From assembly GCA_964624065.1 (NCBI GenBank), contig CAZUWF010000009.1:6742-70741 (forward strand): a DNA stretch of 64,000 bases. Reading direction: 5' to 3'. Positions 9,658-19,173 of this stretch are shown one piece after another. The position numbers and the translations under genes are program-made. Each line of letters opens with the position of its first letter. The stretch's first letter is position 1. The DNA is from an uncultured Bacteroidales bacterium (lineage in GTDB: Bacteria > Bacteroidota > Bacteroidia > Bacteroidales > UBA7960). The notes beneath the pieces are model-generated. The model saw only the letters and a list, made by a program, of their open reading frames with translations. It did no database searches and was not told the DNA's origin.

Positions 9658-11070
9658 TTATTTGATGGTTTTGTATAAATCGATGTATTCCCGGGCCGAT
9701 TTCTCCCATGAATGGTCAATTCCCATTATCCTATTCCTGACCATTGAAAGTAGTTTTTGATCTTTGAAAAAGTGTTTTGCCCTATGAAGGGCGTGAAGCA
9801 GGTCATCTGTCGTAACGTTGTCGTGACAAAAACCAAAGCCACCCTCTTCCATATCAATCACGGTGTCCCTTAGTCCGCCGGTTTTTCTAACAATTGGTAT
9901 TGTTCCGTATCGCAGTGCGTACATCTGGTTTAAGCCGCAAGGCTCAACCTTGGAGGGCATTAACAGGAAATCGGCTCCGGCATAAATTTCGTGCGCCAGT
10001 TTTTCGTTGTATCCGATGTAGGTGGCGTAATTACCTCTAAAGGCGCCCCCAATCTGCTCGAGACTACCCTCTATGCTTCCCTCGCCGGAGCCAAGAAACA
10101 AGAAATTTTGCTCGCCAGGGTAGCTTGTCAGGGCTTTAAAGGCAAAATCGGGCAGTATTTGGGCCCCTTTTTCAAAGGCTAACCTCCCGATAAATGCAAG
10201 TAGCGGTTTTTCTGGGTCGAGTCCAAAAGTGTTGCAAAGCTTTTTCTTGTTTGCAAGTTTTCCTCTTTCAACATCCATAGCCGAATAATTGTATTGGAGG
10301 AGCCTGTCGGTGGCAGGGTTCCACACCTCGGTGTCAATCCCGTTCAATATGCCATAGCACTTCCAGCTTTCTGCCTCGAGCAGGCTTTCTAGCCCGCTCA
10401 TTGTGTGTCTAATATCAGCCATATAACTTGGCGATACAGTGGTTACCCTCCAAGCGTTCTTTATTGCCGAAGCCATAGGGTTAATTGCCCCATTCCATTC
10501 TACCAAGCCGTGGAAAAAAGAGTGGAAAGGGGGGAGATAATGGGCTTTTTCCAGGCTAAATTGGCCTTGGTACTCGCCATTGTGAATTGTAAAAACCGTG
10601 GGGGTGTAGGATAGGTGGCGGTATTCCCACACTCTTGATAACATAAACGGAATGAAGCCTGTATGTTGGTCGTGACAATGCACTAAATCTATCTTTTTTT
10701 CCCAGGAGCACAGCCAGTTAACCGTTGCGGTTTGAAAGGTAACGAAACGTTCGGTGTCATCGCGGTACGAATAAATTTTTTCCCTGTCAAAAAGTCCGGG
10801 AATATCAATCAAATATAGGTGAAACCCCGGATCAAAATCTGTGACTAACAGCACGTTGAATGTAAATGTGATTTCGCCCAACCTGGCATACCCCTTGAAA
10901 ATGTTCTTGAACGATTGTGCCTCTTTGAACTTGTTGTGGTAAAATGGCATTATTACCGACACATCGTGGCCTAGTTTTTTCTGGTATTTGGGAAGCGCCC
11001 CAACAACATCGGCAAGACCTCCTGCCTTTGCCACCGGGTAGCACTCCGCACTAATGTGTAGTATCTCCAT
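9658..11070 (-). CDS. glgA: glycogen (starch) synthase
   Basis: MEILHISAECYPVAKAGGLADVVGALPK N-terminus and a GT5 family pattern over its length. Confidence 0.9.
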   Translation of the reverse strand: MEILHISAECYPVAKAGGLADVVGALPKYQKKLGHDVSVIMPFYHNKFKEAQSFKNIFKGYARLGEITFTFNVLLVTDFDPGFHLYLIDIPGLFDREKIYSYRDDTERFVTFQTATVNWLCSWEKKIDLVHCHDQHTGFIPFMLSRVWEYRHLSYTPTVFTIHNGEYQGQFSLEKAHYLPPFHSFFHGLVEWNGAINPMASAIKNAWRVTTVSPSYMADIRHTMSGLESLLEAESWKCYGILNGIDTEVWNPATDRLLQYNYSAMDVERGKLANKKKLCNTFGLDPEKPLLAFIGRLAFEKGAQILPDFAFKALTSYPGEQNFLFLGSGEGSIEGSLEQIGGAFRGNYATYIGYNEKLAHEIYAGADFLLMPSKVEPCGLNQMYALRYGTIPIVRKTGGLRDTVIDMEEGGFGFCHDNVTTDDLLHALHRAKHFFKDQKLLSMVRNRIMGIDHSWEKSAREYIDLYKTIK

Positions 11071-11324
11071 TGGTTAGTAATTTGTTAATGCCGAAATCGT
11101 TTGCAATTTATGAAAAATAAAATAGCAACAGCAAATGTTATGTAAAAAAATCAATTTTTCTTTTAAGATTGGGACTTGGTGTTTTTGTAGTTCAAAAAAC
11201 CGCAGAATTTTTTGATTGATTACTCAAATATTCACAAAATCAAAATAAATACTGCTCGACAAGCTTTTTAAAAATGTTTTGGTACCAAGGCCTCCAATTG
11301 GTAGCGCCCTTCAAACCTCCTTTG

Positions 11325-11367
11325 AAAAAAGAACCGCCGGTCGAATATTCGACCGGCGGTTCTTTTT
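11325..11367. terminator. bidirectional rho-independent terminator (serves hppA on the minus strand)
   Basis: Perfect palindrome AGAACCGCCGGTCGAAT/ATTCGACCGGCGGTTCT at 11330-11363. It is flanked by A6 on the left and T5 on the right. Confidence 0.85.
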
Positions 11368-11381
11368 CACGGGAAGAAAAA

Positions 11382-13589
11382 CTATAGAATGCTGTATGCC
11401 ACTGCCACTCCAACGGTTACCACTGAGGCCATCACCATCAATTTTATGAGAATGTTGAGGCTAGGGCCAGATGTGTCTTTGAAGGGGTCGCCAACGGTAT
11501 CGCCAATAACTGCCGCCTTGTGGGCATCGGAATTCTTTCCGCCGTGGTGCCCTTCTTCGATGTACTTTTTGGCGTTGTCCCAAGCACCGCCGGCATTTGC
11601 CATGAAAATTGCAAGGGCAAAGCCCGAGGTTATGGTTCCTATCAATAATCCGGTTACACCGGCTACACCAAAAACAACACCAACCAAAACCGGTATGAAA
11701 AGAGCAGCAAACGATGGTATCATCATTTCGCGTTGCGCACCCTTGGTCGAAATTTCGACACACCGTGCATAATCTGGCTCAGCATTTCCCTCCAAAATAC
11801 CTTTTATCTCCCTGAACTGCCTGCGCACCTCGTCAACCATTTTTTGGGCAGCGCGACCAACGGCATTCATTGTCATACCACTAAACAAAAATACAGCCAT
11901 AACTCCCAAGAATACACCGACGAGAACTTTTGGATTCATCAAGTGGATTTCGTAGTGGTAAATAAAGTCAATAAACTGGGCATCTTGGGCAGGAACCACA
12001 CCATTGATGCCATTAATAGGTTCGAAAGGCCTGTCGAGGAACTTAACGAACATAATTTTTATTTCCTCGAAATATGCTGCCAAAAGAGCCAATGCTGTAA
12101 GTGCTGCAGAGCCTATTGCAAAACCCTTACCTGTGGCGGCGGTGGTGTTGCCAAGTTGGTCAAGGGCATCGGTGCGTTCGCGAACCTTGGGGTCGAGCTT
12201 TGACATTTCGGCGTTTCCTCCAGCATTATCGGCTATCGGACCATATGCATCTGTGGCAAGGGTAATTCCTAAAGTTGAAAGCATGCCCACGGCTGCAATT
12301 CCTATTCCGTAAAGGCCCACATTGAGATTTGCCACATCAAATGTAAAGCCTGATGCTAGGAGGTAGGCAAGTGTAATGGCCACAACAATGATAGCCAGCG
12401 GCACGGCCGATGAGAACAGACCGATACCTACTCCCGAAATAATAAGTGTTGCAGGGCCTGTTTCGGCTGACTTGGCAATCTTTCGGGTAGGTTTGAAGGC
12501 CGATGCCGTGAAATACTCGGTTGATTGGCCAATTCCAATTCCCGCCAACAAACCCACCACGATCGATCCCCATATGCCAAGGTAGTTTGGAATATTGAGG
12601 AAGTACAAAATTCCGAGAGATGCTAAGATTATTAGGCCCGCGCTTACATTTACACCAAAGCCCAAAGAGCTTAACAATTGTTTCATGGTGGCACCTTCCT
12701 TGGTTCTAACCAAAAAGACTCCAATTATTGAAAGAAGGGTTCCAACGGCGGCAATGAGCATGGGGGCAATAACCGCACTAAGCTGCAGTTCGGCTGCACC
12801 TGCAAAGGCGGCTGCACCCAGAAGGGCGGTGGCAAGAATTGAACCTGCAAATGATTCGAAAAGGTCGGCTCCCATACCCGCTACATCGCCCACGTTATCG
12901 CCCACGTTATCGGCTATGGTGGCCGGGTTGCGTGGATCGTCCTCGGGTATGCCTGCCTCAACCTTGCCAACAAGGTCGGCACCAACATCGGCAGCCTTAG
13001 TATAAATTCCCCCACCTACACGAGCAAACAAAGCTTGCGTGGAGGCACCCATACCAAAGGTAAGCATTGTAGCTGTAATGGTAAGAAGCTTCATCCCCGC
13101 CGAAGCTTCGGGAATGGCAAGGTTCAATATGATAAACCAAATGGAAATATCGAGCAATACTAGTCCAACAACAACCAAACCCATCACAGCACCACTGCGA
13201 AACGCCAACCTCAGCCCTCCGTTTAGCGATTCGCGGCAAGCATTGGCAACCCTGGCTGATGCAAAGGTGGCAGCACGCATACCAAAGAAACCGGCCAAGC
13301 CACTAAAAAATCCCCCGGTAATGAATGCAAATGGAACCCAATGGTTTTGGATGTTTAAAACGTAAGCCATAATTGCAAAAATCAGGGTAATGACCAAGAA
13401 TACGACTGTAACAACCTTGTACTGCTGCCTCAAGTAGGCATTGGCACCTGCCCTAACGTGTTTGGCAATTTTTTTCATCATATCCGTGCCCTCACTGTAC
13501 CCAAGCATTTGCTTGAAAAAGAAGTAAGCAAAGCCAAGAGCCACAACTGAACTGATTGGAACAAGCCAAAAAATTAATGGTAAGTTCAT
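11382..13589 (-). CDS. hppA: membrane-bound proton-translocating pyrophosphatase
   Basis: 735-aa polytopic protein with GGIYTKAADVGADLVGKVE, DNVGDNVGD and GDTVGDPFKDTSGPSLNILIKLM motifs. Confidence 0.95.
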   Translation of the reverse strand: MNLPLIFWLVPISSVVALGFAYFFFKQMLGYSEGTDMMKKIAKHVRAGANAYLRQQYKVVTVVFLVITLIFAIMAYVLNIQNHWVPFAFITGGFFSGLAGFFGMRAATFASARVANACRESLNGGLRLAFRSGAVMGLVVVGLVLLDISIWFIILNLAIPEASAGMKLLTITATMLTFGMGASTQALFARVGGGIYTKAADVGADLVGKVEAGIPEDDPRNPATIADNVGDNVGDVAGMGADLFESFAGSILATALLGAAAFAGAAELQLSAVIAPMLIAAVGTLLSIIGVFLVRTKEGATMKQLLSSLGFGVNVSAGLIILASLGILYFLNIPNYLGIWGSIVVGLLAGIGIGQSTEYFTASAFKPTRKIAKSAETGPATLIISGVGIGLFSSAVPLAIIVVAITLAYLLASGFTFDVANLNVGLYGIGIAAVGMLSTLGITLATDAYGPIADNAGGNAEMSKLDPKVRERTDALDQLGNTTAATGKGFAIGSAALTALALLAAYFEEIKIMFVKFLDRPFEPINGINGVVPAQDAQFIDFIYHYEIHLMNPKVLVGVFLGVMAVFLFSGMTMNAVGRAAQKMVDEVRRQFREIKGILEGNAEPDYARCVEISTKGAQREMMIPSFAALFIPVLVGVVFGVAGVTGLLIGTITSGFALAIFMANAGGAWDNAKKYIEEGHHGGKNSDAHKAAVIGDTVGDPFKDTSGPSLNILIKLMVMASVVTVGVAVAYSIL

Positions 13590-13632
13590 CTTTTTGTTTT
13601 TTTGTAAAAATAAAATTATTGATTAATCAATG

Positions 13633-13640
13633 CAAATTTA
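13633..13640 (-). promoter_or_regulatory. candidate -7 promoter box for hppA
   Basis: The minus strand reads TAAATTTG, 43 nt upstream of ATG 13589. Confidence 0.5.
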
Positions 13641-13935
13641 GAGTTTTATGTTAATTGCCACAAGGTAATTTTCTAAAACCCTTGTCTTGTAGCGTTGGGA
13701 GGGTTTAATTTTGATCCAATCAGCTGTAATGCAATTGATTGAAAGAAAGGTTGATATTAATCAATCTTTTAGCATTGTCCTTAGGTTATTGTATTGGCTT
13801 GGTTAGACTTTGATTATTCTTAGTAATTATTTCGCCATAAGCCATTTCCGGGAATTTTTGCCTTTTGGCGATTAATTCTAGCAATCCATCATCTTCAAAT
13901 TTTTTCCCCTTTCAATGTTTCAATATGTTTTTTTG

Positions 13936-13943
13936 TAAATTTG
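13936..13943 (+). promoter_or_regulatory. candidate -7 promoter box for the nuclease-nupC-thyA-folA row
   Basis: TAAATTTG lies 62 nt upstream of ATG 14006. Confidence 0.45.
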
Positions 13944-14005
13944 CTTTTCGCAAATCAACATTTGGGGGATTTTAGCTGCCTTAGCCTTTGCCAATAAGCA
14001 ATGAA

Positions 14006-14590
14006 ATGAAAAAGATTGAACTTGAAATAATCGGGATATCTTTCAGCCAGTCTCAATCTGGAGCTTATGCCTTGATCCTAGGCGAAGTAGGCAAAAAAAG
14101 GCGGCTGCCGATAATAATAGGCAGTTACGAAGCACAGGCTATTGCAGTGGAGCTCGAAAAAATGAACCCCACCAGACCGCTCACTCACGATCTTTTCAAG
14201 AACTTCGCCACAGCATTCCACATAGACTTGCTGGAAGTAATCATCTACAAGTTTAGCGAGGGTATTTTCTTTGCCAAGCTAATTTGCCAAGATGGCCGTA
14301 AGCAGGTTGAAATTGACTCTCGAACATCTGATGCTGTTGCCCTTGCCATAAGGTTCAAATGCAAGATTTTTACCTACGAAGAAATCTTGAAAGAGGCAGG
14401 TATGGTGCTTCAGGTTGAAAAGAAGTACTCGCCCGAGGGCATCCTGAAAGCGGAGGTTGAAAAGGAAGCCGACGACCTTGAGGGGCTTGATTTGGAGGAA
14501 CTCCAATCACAGCTTAATGAAGCAATCAAAGAGGAGGCATACGAAAAGGCCTCCCGCATAAGAGACGAGATAAACCGTAGAAAGAAGTAA
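14006..14590 (+). CDS. bifunctional nuclease family protein (DNase/RNase, DUF151-type) with a C-terminal UVR motif
   Basis: GAYALILGEVGKKRRLPIIIGSYEAQAIAVELEKMNPTRPLTHDLF is the BFN core. The C-terminal EEAYEKASRIRDEI is UvrB/C-like. The track start 13988 is TTG, and the first ATG in frame is 14006. Confidence 0.8.
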   Translation: MKKIELEIIGISFSQSQSGAYALILGEVGKKRRLPIIIGSYEAQAIAVELEKMNPTRPLTHDLFKNFATAFHIDLLEVIIYKFSEGIFFAKLICQDGRKQVEIDSRTSDAVALAIRFKCKIFTYEEILKEAGMVLQVEKKYSPEGILKAEVEKEADDLEGLDLEELQSQLNEAIKEEAYEKASRIRDEINRRKK

Positions 14591-14616
14591 TTAATCATAA
14601 CCCAAAACCCTCTTTA

Positions 14617-16158
14617 ATGAAATCTATAACCAAATTATTCGCAAAATTGATCATTGCCTCTCTGCTTGTGGTGTTAAGTGGCGGCGGCGTTATTGCACAA
14701 ATCTCACCCAACAAACCGGGGGTGGAGCAAACCGAAACCACAGAGTTTACTGGAAATGTTACCCAATACAATGCATCTGAGGAAGTTGATGAAAATAATT
14801 CGGTGACAGATGAGGATGTAGCCACCGCCGAGGGTATGGCAGAAGCACCTGTCTTCAAGCAGGGTTTCAGCCTTCGTGGGCTTTACAGGGGTTTGATTGG
14901 TATGATGTCACTTATTTTCATCGCCTGGCTTTTTAGCAACAATCGGAAGGCCATAAACTGGAAGGTGGTGGGAATAGGGCTGCTAATACAAGCTGTTTTA
15001 GCCTTTAGTATATTGCAAATAGGACCAGTTCAGGGTTTTTTCGAGTTAATAGGTAAGGCTTTCGTCAAGATACTTGATTTTTCAAAGGCAGGAACAGAGT
15101 TTCTTTTTGCCGGGTTCTTGAACACAGAAACCTACGGCTTCATCTTCGCCTTTCAGGTATTGCCAACCATTATCTTCTTCTCGGCACTTACCAGCCTGCT
15201 TTTTTACCTTGGTATAATTCAAAAGGTGGTTTATGTCTTGGCATTGCTAATGACCAAGGCGATGAAGATTTCGGGTGCCGAGAGCTTGTCGGTGGCAGGA
15301 AACATTTTCTTAGGTCAAACCGAATCGCCGTTGATGATCAAGGCCTACCTTGAAAAAATGAACAAATCGGAGATACTGCTTGTGATGACTGGCGGAATGG
15401 CCACAATGGCCGGTGGTGTGTTGGCGGCTTATATTGCGTTTTTGGGTGGCGACGATCCCGTGCAGAGGCTCATCTTTGCCAAACACCTTCTGGCGGCATC
15501 AATCATGGCCGCACCAGGTGCAGTGGTCATTGCCAAAATTCTGGCTCCGCAAACCGAAGAAATTAACCTCGATGTGGAGGTTTCGAAGGATAGGATAGGG
15601 AGCAATGTTCTTGATTCAATTTCCAATGGCACCACCGAAGGTCTAAAACTTGCAGCCAACGTTGCTGCAATGTTGTTGGTTTTCATTGCCTTCATTGCCC
15701 TGTTCAACTTCGCCGCTGGAAAGATTGGCGATTTAACAGGATTGAATTCTAGCATTGCAGAATTTTCAAACGGACAATACACAAGGTTATCATTACAATT
15801 CATCCTCGGGTATGCTTTTAGTCCGATTATGTGGCTCATAGGGATAAGCATGGAGGACATAACTCTTGCAGGGAGGCTTCTGGGAGAGAAGGTCATTATG
15901 ACCGAATTTATTGGATACACGAGCTTGGCCGAATTGAAGGCTGCTGGAGCATTTTCCGACCCAAAATCAATAATTATGTCAACCTACCTCCTTTGCGGGT
16001 TCGCCAACTTTGCAAGTATTGGAATCCAAATTGGGGGGATAGGCTCACTTGCCCCCGGGCAAAGGGTTCAGCTTTCCAAGTTTGGTTTGCGAGCCCTTCT
16101 TGGTGGAACCATTGCCGCACTAATGAGTGCCACGATGGTGGGTGTAGTACTTGGGTAG
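14617..16158 (+). CDS. nupC: concentrative nucleoside transporter (NupC/CNT family) with an N-terminal extension of about 85 aa
   Basis: FSNNRKAINWKVVG, GNIFLGQTESPLMIKAYL and the C-terminal LCGFANFASIGIQIGG are CNT motifs. Confidence 0.85.
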   Translation: MKSITKLFAKLIIASLLVVLSGGGVIAQISPNKPGVEQTETTEFTGNVTQYNASEEVDENNSVTDEDVATAEGMAEAPVFKQGFSLRGLYRGLIGMMSLIFIAWLFSNNRKAINWKVVGIGLLIQAVLAFSILQIGPVQGFFELIGKAFVKILDFSKAGTEFLFAGFLNTETYGFIFAFQVLPTIIFFSALTSLLFYLGIIQKVVYVLALLMTKAMKISGAESLSVAGNIFLGQTESPLMIKAYLEKMNKSEILLVMTGGMATMAGGVLAAYIAFLGGDDPVQRLIFAKHLLAASIMAAPGAVVIAKILAPQTEEINLDVEVSKDRIGSNVLDSISNGTTEGLKLAANVAAMLLVFIAFIALFNFAAGKIGDLTGLNSSIAEFSNGQYTRLSLQFILGYAFSPIMWLIGISMEDITLAGRLLGEKVIMTEFIGYTSLAELKAAGAFSDPKSIIMSTYLLCGFANFASIGIQIGGIGSLAPGQRVQLSKFGLRALLGGTIAALMSATMVGVVLG

Positions 16159-16264
16159 TGATATGCTTTGAGGATTTATCTATAGCAAATGGATCCTTTT
16201 AAAAAAGCCCGCGGATTGAGCCGTCGGCTGTTTCAATAGATATTATCCATACCCATTAAGTTTA

Positions 16265-17056
16265 ATGAAGCAATACCACCAATTACTCGAACATATTTTA
16301 AACAACGGGATCAGGAAGGACGACCGCACTGGTACAGGCACGTTGAGTGTTTTTGGATACCAAATGAGATTCAACTTGGAAGAAGGATTTCCGGTAGTTA
16401 CAACCAAGAAGTTGCACCTAAGGAGCATTATTCACGAATTGCTGTGGTTTTTGAAGGGCGAGACCAACATCAAGTACCTAAAAGAAAACGATGTGCATAT
16501 TTGGGACGAATGGGCCGACCAAAATGGCAACCTTGGACCGGTGTACGGTGCCCAGTGGCGCTCCTGGCAATCAAACGGGAAAGTTGTTGATCAGATTTCG
16601 CAGTTGGTAAACCAAATTAAGACCAACCCCGACTCGCGAAGACTTCTGGTAAGTGCTTGGAATGTAGCCGAAATTGACCAGATGGCCCTCCCTCCGTGTC
16701 ATGTGCTGTTTCAGTTTTACGTTGCCAACGGGAAGTTGTCGTGTCAACTCTACCAAAGAAGTGCCGATGTTTTTTTGGGCGTTCCCTTCAACATTGCATC
16801 ATACTCTTTGCTTACGCTAATGCTAGCCCAAGTTTGCGAATTAATGCCCGGCGAGTTCGTCCATACCTTTGGCGATGCCCACCTTTACCTTAACCATCTT
16901 GACCAAGCCAAGTTGCAACTTAGCCGAGAACCACGAAGGCTGCCATTTATGAGACTCAATCCTGAGGTGAAGGACATATTTGGTTTCAAGTTTGATGACT
17001 TTTACTTGGAAGGTTACGAACCCCACCCACACATAAAGGCACCCGTGGCTGTTTAG
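16265..17056 (+). CDS. thyA: thymidylate synthase
   Basis: [36 protein letters not shown]...[12 protein letters not shown]...DAHLYLNH. Confidence 0.95.
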   Translation: MKQYHQLLEHILNNGIRKDDRTGTGTLSVFGYQMRFNLEEGFPVVTTKKLHLRSIIHELLWFLKGETNIKYLKENDVHIWDEWADQNGNLGPVYGAQWRSWQSNGKVVDQISQLVNQIKTNPDSRRLLVSAWNVAEIDQMALPPCHVLFQFYVANGKLSCQLYQRSADVFLGVPFNIASYSLLTLMLAQVCELMPGEFVHTFGDAHLYLNHLDQAKLQLSREPRRLPFMRLNPEVKDIFGFKFDDFYLEGYEPHPHIKAPVAV

Positions 17057-17082
17057 CCTTTTAAATCAAAACTGTACATACA

Positions 17083-17589
17083 ATGGAAGGATTGCAAGCA
17101 AGCATTATTGTGGCCTTGGCCAAGAAAAACGTTATAGGGGCCGATAACAAACTCCCCTGGCACCTGCCTGCCGACCTGCAGCATTTCAAGAGAACCACAA
17201 TGGGCAATACCATTATTATGGGTCGCAAAACTTTCCAATCAATTGGCCGGTCCCTTCCAGGGAGAAGAACCATTGTAGTGAGCAAAAATACAAGTTTTGC
17301 AGGCTATGGTGTTGAAGTGGCCAAATCGCTCCAAGAAGCCTTGGAGCTTGCCAAAGGGCCAAAAGAGGTTTTCATTGTTGGTGGAGCCCAAATTTATGAC
17401 CAGGCCATCAACCTTCCGGTTATAAAAAGCCTACGTGTAACCGAAGTAGATGCTTCCTTTAATGGCGATTCATTTTTTCCTAAAATTGATAAGCGCAAGT
17501 GGAAGCTAATTGAACGAATTGACCACAAGTCAGATGAAAAGAACCCCCATGATTACAGTTTCCTTACATACCAAAGGATAAAGAGTTGA
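17083..17589 (+). CDS. folA: dihydrofolate reductase
   Basis: IVALAKKNVIGADNKLPWHLPADLQHFKRTTMGNTIIMGRKTFQSIGRSLPGRRTIVVS. Confidence 0.9.
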   Translation: MEGLQASIIVALAKKNVIGADNKLPWHLPADLQHFKRTTMGNTIIMGRKTFQSIGRSLPGRRTIVVSKNTSFAGYGVEVAKSLQEALELAKGPKEVFIVGGAQIYDQAINLPVIKSLRVTEVDASFNGDSFFPKIDKRKWKLIERIDHKSDEKNPHDYSFLTYQRIKS

Positions 17590-17877
17590 TAGGCTGATAT
17601 GGTGATGCGTGGGTGGGCTTATGGGTTGATAAGGTTGGCGCTTTGAAAATTGTATGTTTTGGGTTGTTCCTTACGTGCTTTAGACTGTTATTGGTAACTA
17701 GTTGGTTTGGCCTAAATTAATCGACTTTGAGTTCGAATTTGGTAATTGAGCCATTCCCACAAAGTAAAAACTTCATTAACATCTTACAATTTTTAAATTA
17801 AAGGTTGGAATTTCGAAATTATTTTTTTCCATCTTCTCTGCCAATTTTTCGCCCCTTCATTTATTACTCCTTCTCCA

Positions 17878-19140
17878 TTACGTTTTTTGCTTCTGTTTTC
17901 TCGCTGCCGGAAACAGTACGTTGTTGAGGATAAGCCTATAGCCTGGCGAATTGGGAAAGTTATCCAAATCTGTTGGGATATCGCCAACGTAATGCCGGTA
18001 GTCTTCGGGGTCGTGTCCTCCCAAAAAAGTAAAGGTTCCGTTTCCAAAGGAGCCATGAATGTACCTTGCCTCGTTTTTTGCCTTTGTTTCGCCAAGGATA
18101 GTCACGTTGGGTTTTATGGTTTCGTTTCTGAAAGCTGTGGCTTGCCCCATAAACCCCTTAAGAACTGTGGCGTGGTTTTGAGCCAACATTGTGGGCACCA
18201 CGTCCCATTTTGCCGAGAACTCGAAAAGTGTAAAAAAGTCGGACAATTCATTTCGGTTAATTTTGACCACGTCAATATTGGATTTTTCGTAAATCGCCGG
18301 GTTTGTATTTATGATAAAATTGTGAAATGCAAAAGTTTTCGAAAAGTCCAATTTTTGTTGTGCCTCTGGGTCCATTATGCTGCCATCAAAAACCTCGTGC
18401 AAAATATCCACCCCATCAGCTGCAAGGGCTATGTCAAGGCTTTCGGGTGCAGAGCACATTGCGAACAAGTACCCCCCTCCGGAAACAAAATCCCTTATTT
18501 TCTTTGCCACGGCCAATTTCATTTGCGACACCTTTGAAAACCCAAGCTTTCGGGCAATACCCTCCTGAAATTTCACATCGTCCTGATACCATTGTTCGTT
18601 CCTGAAACTTGCCCAAAACTTGCCATATTGACCCGTAAAGTCTTCGTGGTGCAGGTGGAGCCAATCGTACATAGGCAAAACACCCCTTACAACATCCTCG
18701 TCGTAAATCCTGTAGTAGGGTATTTCGGCGTAGGTTAGCACTAAGGTTACGGCATCGTTCCAAGGAAGGGTGTTTGGTGGGGTGTAAACCGCAATACGCG
18801 GCACCTTGTGAAGCCGAATTTCCTCCTTGTTCACGTTGGGGTTGGAAATCTCCTCTAGGATGGCATCGGCCTGGATGTTGGCAATGATCTGAATTGTAAC
18901 CCCCCTGGCAAAGCACTCCTCTTCAAAAACCCGGCTGTGTGGAAACATAAAACTACCCCCACGGTAATTTAGCAACCAGCTAACCTCAACATTCTTGGTT
19001 AGGACCAAATAGGCAATACCGTAAGCCTTGAGGTGGTTTCTTTGGGAGTCGTCCATAGGCACCAAAATATGAGCCGAAAAACCTGCTGCCATTTGCATCC
19101 ACAACAAGGCACAAACAATAAACTTCCTAAAAAGCACCAT
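17878..19140 (-). CDS. secreted conserved hypothetical protein, possibly with a class-I glutamine-amidotransferase-like (DJ-1/ThuA-like) fold
   Basis: Signal peptide MVLFRKFIVCALLWMQMAAGFSA. GGGYLFAMCSAPESL resembles a nucleophile-elbow Cys motif, which is weak evidence. It lies 33 nt downstream of dnaB on the same strand. Confidence 0.6.
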   Translation of the reverse strand: MVLFRKFIVCALLWMQMAAGFSAHILVPMDDSQRNHLKAYGIAYLVLTKNVEVSWLLNYRGGSFMFPHSRVFEEECFARGVTIQIIANIQADAILEEISNPNVNKEEIRLHKVPRIAVYTPPNTLPWNDAVTLVLTYAEIPYYRIYDEDVVRGVLPMYDWLHLHHEDFTGQYGKFWASFRNEQWYQDDVKFQEGIARKLGFSKVSQMKLAVAKKIRDFVSGGGYLFAMCSAPESLDIALAADGVDILHEVFDGSIMDPEAQQKLDFSKTFAFHNFIINTNPAIYEKSNIDVVKINRNELSDFFTLFEFSAKWDVVPTMLAQNHATVLKGFMGQATAFRNETIKPNVTILGETKAKNEARYIHGSFGNGTFTFLGGHDPEDYRHYVGDIPTDLDNFPNSPGYRLILNNVLFPAARKQKQKT

Positions 19141-19173
19141 TGTAAAAAAATGTATAAAAAAATCCTTGGAAAA

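Noticed and set aside
11389-13365. Series of 100-156-aa ORFs on the + strand and in other minus frames inside hppA (for example 11389-11772, 11733-12203, 12595-13005, 13039-13365)
   Set aside because: They are antisense or off-frame shadows of a long, compositionally biased (Gly/Ala/Val-rich) gene whose identity is unambiguous.
17596-17645. G-rich tract GGTGATGCGTGGGTGGGCTTATGGGTTGATAAGGTTGG after folA (possible G-quadruplex)
   Set aside because: It has only three GGG runs plus GG runs. It is weak and unremarkable without further evidence.
17887-18537. 216-aa + strand ORF, plus 17793-18095 and 18434-18916 minus-frame ORFs that overlap the 17878-19140 gene
   Set aside because: They overlap the longer ORF that carries a signal peptide. 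Their products are Cys/Arg-rich and not protein-like.
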